A stretch of DNA of 64,000 bases, taken from positions 352,001 to 416,000 of the forward strand of contig OZ220732.1 of NCBI GenBank assembly GCA_965116905.1, given 5' to 3'. Source of the DNA: Longimicrobiales bacterium (GTDB lineage: Bacteria; Gemmatimonadota; Gemmatimonadetes; Longimicrobiales; Gaopeijiaceae). Shown piece after piece: positions 57,711-64,000 of the stretch. Positions within the stretch are counted from its first letter, which is position 1. Every line of letters starts with the position of its first letter. A program made the translations under genes and the position numbers. Under the pieces are notes generated by a model. It was not told where the DNA came from. It worked only from the letters and a program-made list of their open reading frames with translations, and did no database searches.

Positions 57711-58712
57711 TCAGACCGCGTCGCGAATCGACCGCCGCACCAGGTTCCGCGTGAGGGCGATCTTGTAGTCGTTGTGCCGGAGCGCGCGGGCGTCCTCGAC
57801 CGCGATTTCCCCGGCCATCTGTCCGGTCTCGTCGCTGGGCTCGCGTCCGCGGATCGCCGCCTCGACCGCGCCCATCCGAACCGGGTACGGAGCGATGCTG
57901 TTCACCACGATCCGCGCGTCCTGGATCACGCCGCCCTGCACGTTGATCACCGACGCGACGCTCACCAGCGAGAAGTCCCATGACTTGCGGTCACGGATCT
58001 TCTCGAAGTACCACCGCGCGCCCTCCCACGGGGCGGGCAACACAACGCGGGTGAGGAGGTCGCCGGGCTCGAGCACGGTCATCCGCTCGATGTCGATGTC
58101 CGGGCCGATGAAGAAGTCGGCGGCCGGGTAGGTCCGCTCGCCGGAGGTGCTGACCACCACCATCTCGGCGTCGAGGGCGACGAGTGCGGGGGCGGTGTCG
58201 GAGGGGTTGACCGCAACACAGCGGTCCGCGCCCACGATACAGTGTTCCCGGTTCATCGAGCGCCGCGTGGCGGCGTAGCAGATGTTGCCCCCCGCGCGGT
58301 AGCACGGCCACCCGCTCCGGTAGTACCAGCAGCGGGTATCCTGCACGATGTTGCCGCCGAGCGTGCCCTGGTTGCGGATCTGCGGCGTGGCGACGAGGCC
58401 GGCCGCATCGGCGAGGAGCGGGTACCGGCTCTGCACGTCGGTGTGTTCGGCCACGTCGGTGAGACTGGTCATGGCCCCGATGTCGAGCCCGCCGTCGTCG
58501 GCGCCCGCGATGCCGCGGATCTCGTCCACGCCCCCGAGGTCGATCACCGCCGCGGGACGCTTGATGCGGTCCTTGAACCAGTCGAAGGTGTCCAGTCCGC
58601 CGGCCAGCACCCATCCGTCGCTTCCGTGCTCGTCCATCAGACGCACCGCGTCGTCGACGCCCGCCGGCTGATAGAGCTCGAACGGCGGGATCATGTCACG
58701 TATGACAGCCAC
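57711..58712 (-). CDS. Xanthine dehydrogenase family FAD subunit (PaoB-like)
   Basis: LAGG, ATPQIRNQGTLGGN, Cys-rich CWYYR..C..C..HC..C insert, KIRDRKSWDF. Confidence 0.88.
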   Translation of the reverse strand: MAVIRDMIPPFELYQPAGVDDAVRLMDEHGSDGWVLAGGLDTFDWFKDRIKRPAAVIDLGGVDEIRGIAGADDGGLDIGAMTSLTDVAEHTDVQSRYPLLADAAGLVATPQIRNQGTLGGNIVQDTRCWYYRSGWPCYRAGGNICYAATRRSMNREHCIVGADRCVAVNPSDTAPALVALDAEMVVVSTSGERTYPAADFFIGPDIDIERMTVLEPGDLLTRVVLPAPWEGARWYFEKIRDRKSWDFSLVSVASVINVQGGVIQDARIVVNSIAPYPVRMGAVEAAIRGREPSDETGQMAGEIAVEDARALRHNDYKIALTRNLVRRSIRDAV

Positions 58713-58747
58713 TTTGATTCTCCTTGGTCAGCCGTGCGTGTTCACGG

Positions 58748-61144
58748 TCAGACGTGGGTGTCCAGCAACCCGTAGGGACGGGGCCGGTCTTCCAGCTCCG
58801 CCAGGATCATGTCGGAGGTCAGCGGGGTCCGGCAGAGGCACATGCCGCCCATGGCGTCGGCCACCGCGCAGACGTAGGCCGCTTCCCCGGCTCCGACCGG
58901 CGGCTCGCCGATCCCCTTGGCTCCGACCGGGGTGTGCGGGTCCGGCTCGTTGACCGCCGCAAAGCGCGGGCTCAACGGCACATCGAGGATGCCCGGGGGC
59001 CGCGCCGTGTAGAACCGTTTGGTGAACGGGATGCCCCACTTGGGGTCGAAGACCCAGCGCTGGCTCTTCGCCATCCCGATCCCCTGGAAGACGCCGCCGT
59101 TGGTCTGCGCGGCCAGGCTGCGCGGGTGGATCACGGTGCCGCAGTCGGTCGCCGACGCGATATCCACGATCTCGACCTCGCCGGTTTCGATGTCGAGCTC
59201 GACCTGGGCGAAGGTGGCCACCCAGGTGAAGACCGCGCCTTCGCGCGGGTAGTTGTCGCGGGCCGCGGCGATGAGGCCCTGGCCCGCCAGCCCGGCGACC
59301 GCCGCCTTGGTGGCGTCGTTGAGGTCTTCGGGGACGACTTCGCCGCTGAACTTGCCGCCTCGCGCCATGGCGCGCTCCGCCGCCTGTGCGAAGCTCAGGC
59401 CGGACGCGCGGTTCCCGGCGCGGAAGACCCGACCGTCGGCGACGCGGTAGTCGCCCGGTGAGCCGCCCAGCTCGCCCGCGGCCAACTCCTGCAACAGGCC
59501 TACCATGGCGGTTGCCGCCGCGTGGTTGGCGCGGGTGTGGGCATGCGTTGTCTGACTGCCCGCCTGCACCGTGCTGAAGGGCAGGTGCTTGCTGGTGTCG
59601 CCCCAAACGATCACGACGTCGTCCCAGGAGAGGTCGAGGACGTCGGCTGCGGGGCGGGCGGTGTCGGCAATCGAGTGCGTGCCCAGGTTGCCGATCCCCT
59701 GGTGCACATGGAGCTTGCCGTCGGGACGGATGACCAGAAGGCCGTCGCGGCCCGCGCTTCCGGCGGTGAAAGGACTCAGGCCCATGCCGACGCCGGTGAC
59801 CTTGGTGCCGTTGCGCTGTCCGGAAAGCTGACTCTTCTCTTCCCAGTTGAAGAGCTCGCCGCCCAGATCGAGCGCCTCGCGCACGTACGCGCTGGTGAAC
59901 GGGTTCCGGTTTTGTCCCAGCCAGCCGTCGTGGCCCGGTGCGTTGATCTTGCGGATCTCCAGTCGGTCGACGCCGAGCTCTCGCGCGGCCTTGTCCACCA
60001 CCGGCTCCAGCATGGCGACGATCTGCGCGCCACCCGGGGCCCGCTGGGCCGAACGCGGGGGCGTGTTCGTGTACACTGGCACGCCGCGGAAACGCATGTT
60101 CTCGGGTTGGTACGAAGCGGTGGCCACGGTCGCCGCCGTGAAGAGGTCGCTGGCCCCGTACGACCCGCTGTCCTGAACCAGATACAGGTCCAGCGCGGTC
60201 ATGCGGCCGTCGCTGCGGAATCCGATCCTGGCCCATCCCTGGAAGCCGGCGCGCGCCCGCCCAATGTAGTTCTCCTCGTAGCGCGTGATCCGCAGCATGA
60301 CCGGCCGGCCGATCTTGCGGGATAGTACCGCGGGCACCGCCATGATGGGCACGCCCGCGATCTTGCTGCCGAAGCCGCCGCCGCAGTACTCGCCGATCAT
60401 CACCACGTCCTCGACGTCGACGCCCGCCATCGCGGCCACGGGTCCCCGCGTGCGCTCCGTGCTCTGCGTGGAGCCGTGCAGGAAGAGCTTGCCGTTCTGC
60501 CAGTACGCCATGCAGGAGCGGGGCTCCATGGGGTGGTGAGTGACCGATTGGTGGACGATGGTCTCTTCGACGATCACATCGGCCTCTCCGAACGCCGCGT
60601 CCACGTCGCCCATGGCCCACTCGGCCGTCGGCTCGCCCATGGGCAGCCGGTCCGATCCCGCCTCTTCGAAGACGCTGCCGGGCCACTTGAGCGACGTCGG
60701 CCCGTCCTCGCCGGGGACGTTACCGTCCAGGCGCGCGTTCGGGCCGCCTTCGCGGAGGCTGTCGAGCGGATCGAGCACGAAGGGAAGCGGCTCCAGGTCG
60801 ACCCGGATCGCTTCGACGGCCGCGGCCGCCGTCGTCTCGTCCACTGCCGCCACCGCCAGAATGGGCGCTCCCTCGTACAGGGGCTCGTCGGACAGCGCGC
60901 CTTCGCGCGTGCCCTGCTCCGGCCGCGGCAGCTCCGACGCCCTCAGGATGCCCAGCACGCCCTCCATCGCCTCGGCCCTGCTGGTGTCCACGCTGCGGAC
61001 CCTGGCGTGCGGCATCGGGCTCAGCAGGAGCTTTGCGAAGGCCATGCCCTCCGCGTGGAAGTCCTCGGCGTAGCGCGCCCGCCCCGTGATCTTCGCGTGA
61101 AGATCCGGTGGGGAGATGTCGGTGCCGATTACGTTCTCAGCCAT
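58748..61144 (-). CDS. Xanthine dehydrogenase family molybdopterin subunit (PaoC-like)
   Basis: KITGRARY, HPMEP, GGGFGSK, RAPG, GAKGIGEPP. Confidence 0.9.
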   Translation of the reverse strand: MAENVIGTDISPPDLHAKITGRARYAEDFHAEGMAFAKLLLSPMPHARVRSVDTSRAEAMEGVLGILRASELPRPEQGTREGALSDEPLYEGAPILAVAAVDETTAAAAVEAIRVDLEPLPFVLDPLDSLREGGPNARLDGNVPGEDGPTSLKWPGSVFEEAGSDRLPMGEPTAEWAMGDVDAAFGEADVIVEETIVHQSVTHHPMEPRSCMAYWQNGKLFLHGSTQSTERTRGPVAAMAGVDVEDVVMIGEYCGGGFGSKIAGVPIMAVPAVLSRKIGRPVMLRITRYEENYIGRARAGFQGWARIGFRSDGRMTALDLYLVQDSGSYGASDLFTAATVATASYQPENMRFRGVPVYTNTPPRSAQRAPGGAQIVAMLEPVVDKAARELGVDRLEIRKINAPGHDGWLGQNRNPFTSAYVREALDLGGELFNWEEKSQLSGQRNGTKVTGVGMGLSPFTAGSAGRDGLLVIRPDGKLHVHQGIGNLGTHSIADTARPAADVLDLSWDDVVIVWGDTSKHLPFSTVQAGSQTTHAHTRANHAAATAMVGLLQELAAGELGGSPGDYRVADGRVFRAGNRASGLSFAQAAERAMARGGKFSGEVVPEDLNDATKAAVAGLAGQGLIAAARDNYPREGAVFTWVATFAQVELDIETGEVEIVDIASATDCGTVIHPRSLAAQTNGGVFQGIGMAKSQRWVFDPKWGIPFTKRFYTARPPGILDVPLSPRFAAVNEPDPHTPVGAKGIGEPPVGAGEAAYVCAVADAMGGMCLCRTPLTSDMILAELEDRPRPYGLLDTHV

Positions 61145-61157
61145 CTCGATTCTCCTC

Positions 61158-61811
61158 TCAGGCCCGGGAACGGGACAGCTCGGCCGCCCGCATCGCCGTG
61201 TTCAGGATCTTGTCGTAGTCGCCGCAGCGGCAGAGGTTGCCCGAGAGCAGGACCGCCGCCTCTTCGCGGGTCGGGGCCGGGTTCTTGTCGAGCATGCCGA
61301 CCATGCTCATCACGAAGCCCGGCGCGCAGAAGGCGCACTGGAAGCCGCCCTCGTCGATGACCGCCTGCTGGACCGGGTGCAGCTCTCCGTCCTGCTCCAG
61401 CCCCTCGATCGACGTGACCTCCCGGCCCGCCACCGAGTGCGTCAGGATCGAGCAGCCGTAGTGGGTGACCCCGTCGAGGAGCACCGTGCAAGCGCCGCAT
61501 TCCGCGCGGTCGCAGCCCAGCTTGGTGCCGGTGAGGCCGAGCTGGTAGCGGAGCGTCATGGCGAGCGTCTCGTGCTTGGGAACGTCCACGCGGCGCTGCT
61601 GCCCGTTGATGTTGAGGGTGATGAGCCGCTCCACCGCGTCCTGGGCGGAGAGCATGGGCGCCAGCACGCCACTGCCGCGGAACAGGTAGCCCGCGGCCGA
61701 TGCGGTGGCGCCGGTGGCGATCACCCCCTTGATGAACTTGCGGCGGGTGAAGCCGCCTCGGCGTGACTGGATGACTTCGGGTTGCAACATCTCGCTCTGC
61801 ACCTCACTCAC
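61158..61811 (-). CDS. 2Fe-2S subunit with Tat signal (PaoA-like)
   Basis: TRRKFI; GCDRAECGACTV, QCAFCAPG, GNLCRC. Confidence 0.9.
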   Translation of the reverse strand: MSEVQSEMLQPEVIQSRRGGFTRRKFIKGVIATGATASAAGYLFRGSGVLAPMLSAQDAVERLITLNINGQQRRVDVPKHETLAMTLRYQLGLTGTKLGCDRAECGACTVLLDGVTHYGCSILTHSVAGREVTSIEGLEQDGELHPVQQAVIDEGGFQCAFCAPGFVMSMVGMLDKNPAPTREEAAVLLSGNLCRCGDYDKILNTAMRAAELSRSRA

Positions 61812-61843
61812 GGATGAAGGGCGGGGCCGGTAATCTGGCTGAC

Positions 61844-61873
61844 ATTATACGGCGGGGTGGGCGATCCGGCCAA
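61844..61873 (-). promoter_or_regulatory. Possible sigma70 promoter of the molybdoenzyme operon
   Basis: TTGGCC-18 nt-TATAAT on the minus strand. Confidence 0.4.
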
Positions 61874-61904
61874 CCGGGGGGGTGGAGAGCGGCATGGGCG
61901 CGCG

Positions 61905-62357
61905 TCAGTCGCTGAGAGACGGCGTCAACCGGATTACCGCCACCGCGTCGCGTCCCTGCGGACCAGCGAGTTCAGCCAAGCCACGGTCGAAGGATGCCAG
62001 GCGTCCGCCATGCCGAAGGGCCAGTGCGAGCAGGTGGGCGTCGGTGACCTGCCGGTAGCCGGTGACGCGCCCGAATGGGGCGGCCTGCGGATCAGCCGGC
62101 GAGATTTCGTCCGCCCAAAAGACGTGGCCTGGCAATCCCCGAATTCGCCGGAGTAGGGCGATGGCTTCACCTGGCGTGCATGCTTTCGGTATGGCGCGCC
62201 GGTTGCTCGAGACCCTCACAAAACCGGACTCGGTGACTGGACAGGTGGCCCAGCCACGGTTCCGATTCGCCCGGAACCACTGATGCGCAGCGGCGTGGTG
62301 CACATGATTCGGCCACGCCAGAGCGACAAGGACATTGACGTCCAGGAGGCTGGTCAG
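61905..62357 (-). CDS. vapC: PIN-domain VapC toxin (CTG start)
   Basis: (M)TSLLDVNVLVALAWPNHVHH, CPVTESGFVR, RQVTDAHLLALA, LASFD; CTGA overlap with antitoxin stop. Confidence 0.85.
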   Translation of the reverse strand: MTSLLDVNVLVALAWPNHVHHAAAHQWFRANRNRGWATCPVTESGFVRVSSNRRAIPKACTPGEAIALLRRIRGLPGHVFWADEISPADPQAAPFGRVTGYRQVTDAHLLALALRHGGRLASFDRGLAELAGPQGRDAVAVIRLTPSLSD

Positions 62358-62578
62358 ACGTCCTCCAGTGCGTCGCGCACCATGTCGGAGGTGAGCGGCG
62401 ATGCATCAGGCCCCACATCGAAGACCGGGAATCCGTCGGCGCGGACAGCGGGCTCGCGCGGACGGAGCGCCTCCCGAACCAGCATGGACAGTACGGTCCC
62501 CATGCTCTCGCCGCGTTCGCGGGCGATACTCCGGGCCGCTCGGTAGACGTCAGGGTCCAGCGTCAGTGTCGTTCTCAT
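62354..62578 (-). CDS. vapB: VapB antitoxin
   Basis: MRTTLTLDPDVY...SMGTVLSMLVREAL...GFPVF; CATCA repeats upstream. Confidence 0.85.
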   Translation of the reverse strand: MRTTLTLDPDVYRAARSIARERGESMGTVLSMLVREALRPREPAVRADGFPVFDVGPDASPLTSDMVRDALEDV

Positions 62579-62605
62579 GGTGTGTAACATCATAACATCA
62601 CCGCA

Positions 62606-63016
62606 TCATGATGTCATCTTCGCGTCCAGCGTCATCTCGTCCTCGTCGATGGTGCCCCACAGGAGCAGGGCCGCCGCCGCGATGATCGCGGACGGGTAGA
62701 AGAGCACGTTCGAGCCCTCCAGGACCCAGCCCCACGGGTCGATGATCGACTTCCAGACGCCGAGCGCGGTGATGGCCACGACGATGAACGCCACCGGGTA
62801 CGCGCGCCTGCGCCACAAGCCCAGGACGACCAGGGCCCCGAGGATGATCTGGAGGACGCCGAAGACGTTCTGGACGATCGCCTGCGTGCCGATCCCGAGG
62901 TAGAACGCCTCCGCGACGGCCTGTCCGTGCGCGACGTTCACGAGCTTGTCGAGTCCCCACATGACCAGCAGCCAGCCCATGGTCACCCGCAGAAGGAAGA
63001 GTCCCCAGCGTTTCAT
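62606..63016 (-). CDS. DoxX-like membrane protein
   Basis: LLRVTMG..WGLDKL, GVLQIILGALVVLGL; 3-4 TM helices. Confidence 0.7.
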   Translation of the reverse strand: MKRWGLFLLRVTMGWLLVMWGLDKLVNVAHGQAVAEAFYLGIGTQAIVQNVFGVLQIILGALVVLGLWRRRAYPVAFIVVAITALGVWKSIIDPWGWVLEGSNVLFYPSAIIAAAALLLWGTIDEDEMTLDAKMTS

Positions 63017-63045
63017 GATTTGCCCTTTCGTGTGGCAGGTATCCT

Positions 63046-63068
63046 GAACGCCGACCCGGTCGGCGTTC
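63046..63068 (-). terminator. Hairpin after tricorn protease gene
   Basis: GAACGCCGACC-C-GGTCGGCGTTC perfect inverted repeat. Confidence 0.5.
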
Positions 63069-63079
63069 CGTCTTCCGTG

Positions 63080-64000
63080 CTACCGTCCCCCGTTCGGCCT
63101 GCGCCAGCGCACCGGCGGCGGCGGCTCGTCCGCGAAGGTCACTTTGCCGCCGCTGTCCAGCAGGCGCAACGCCTCGCGCACAGCCGTCTCCAGCTGCGGG
63201 TCGCCACCGGCGATCACCGGGGCGGGGTCGTTGCGCACCTCGATGTCGGGCGCCACGCCCTCGGCTTCCACGGCCCACTCGCCGTTCACGTCGAAGAAGC
63301 CGCCCCGCGGGGCCACGAACCCGCCTCCGTCGATGAGCGGCGGCGTGTCCCAGGTTCCGACCAGCCCACCCCACGTCTTCGTCCCGACCAGGGGACCGAT
63401 CCCCCGGAAGCGGAACAGATACGGCAGGAGGTCGCCCCCCGACCCCGCGCGCTCGTTGATCACCATGACCTTGGGTCCGAAGAGACCGGCCATCGGCTGG
63501 GTCCAGGGCTTGCGGTCGCCGGCGCGCGAGTTGAAGTAGCCGGTGAGCTCGCGGTCCAGCATGTCCACGATGTAGTCGGCCGCAGACCCCCCGCCGTTGT
63601 TGCGCTCGTCGATGACCGCACCCTCGCGGTCCTGCTGCGCGTAGAACATGCGGTTGAAGTAGGTGTACCCGCCCTGGCCGGTGTTGGGTAGCCACACGTA
63701 GGCCAGACGGCCGCCGCTCATCTCGTCGACGCGTGCCTGGTTGGCCTCGACCCACGCCCAGCGCCGCAGCTGGCCCTCGTTGCCGGTGGGCTCGACCACG
63801 ACGTTGCGGGTGTCGTCGGCGGAGGGTGAGGACGCCACGGTCAGCGTGATGGTGCGGCCGGCGGTGCCTTCGAGCAGGCGGTAGGGATTGGCGGGCGCGC
63901 GCAGTTCGGCCCCGTCGATCGCGAGCAGATAGTCGCCTTCGTGCACGTCCATCCCGGGATGCGAGAGCGGTCCGGCCAGCCCGGGCGTCCAGTCGCCTCC
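63080..64000 (-). CDS. Tricorn-type S41 protease, 3' part (runs off the window)
   Basis: PDZ-like region, AYVWLPNT, IDERNNGGG, AGSGGD, GTKTWGGLVG, EAEGVAPD, DPQLE. Confidence 0.9.
   Translation of the reverse strand, partial: GGDWTPGLAGPLSHPGMDVHEGDYLLAIDGAELRAPANPYRLLEGTAGRTITLTVASSPSADDTRNVVVEPTGNEGQLRRWAWVEANQARVDEMSGGRLAYVWLPNTGQGGYTYFNRMFYAQQDREGAVIDERNNGGGSAADYIVDMLDRELTGYFNSRAGDRKPWTQPMAGLFGPKVMVINERAGSGGDLLPYLFRFRGIGPLVGTKTWGGLVGTWDTPPLIDGGGFVAPRGGFFDVNGEWAVEAEGVAPDIEVRNDPAPVIAGGDPQLETAVREALRLLDSGGKVTFADEPPPPVRWRRPNGGR

Overview
This is a high-GC bacterial chromosomal window rich in exported hydrolases, lipoproteins and Tat substrates. The gene content resembles Gemmatimonadota (inference only). 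Recognisable genes include queG, a ychF-like ATPase, rtcB, tRNA-Asn(GTT), phoX, a PaoABC-like molybdoenzyme operon with a cytochrome b, two vapBC loci plus a vapC remnant, and several peptidases and amidohydrolases. I found no integrase, transposase or CRISPR array. Three things stand out. (1) A minus-strand locus at about 12.75-20 kb, lower in GC in its left part, carries two paralogous 75-aa secreted six-cysteine peptides (one broken by a 7-bp tandem duplication). It also carries four mosaic paralogous beta-propeller lipoproteins (a fifth copy lies at 48-49 kb), a membrane-anchored CxxC thioredoxin-like protein and an AraC-type regulator. This is a candidate undescribed disulfide-peptide/receptor (or toxin/immunity) system. 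(2) A 19-codon ORF with 9 Cys, absent from the ORF track, is the only apparent cargo of an arsR operon and is a candidate mini-metallothionein. (3) An 85-nt palindromic element sits in-frame inside rtcB. All product calls come from motif recognition by eye, not from database searches.
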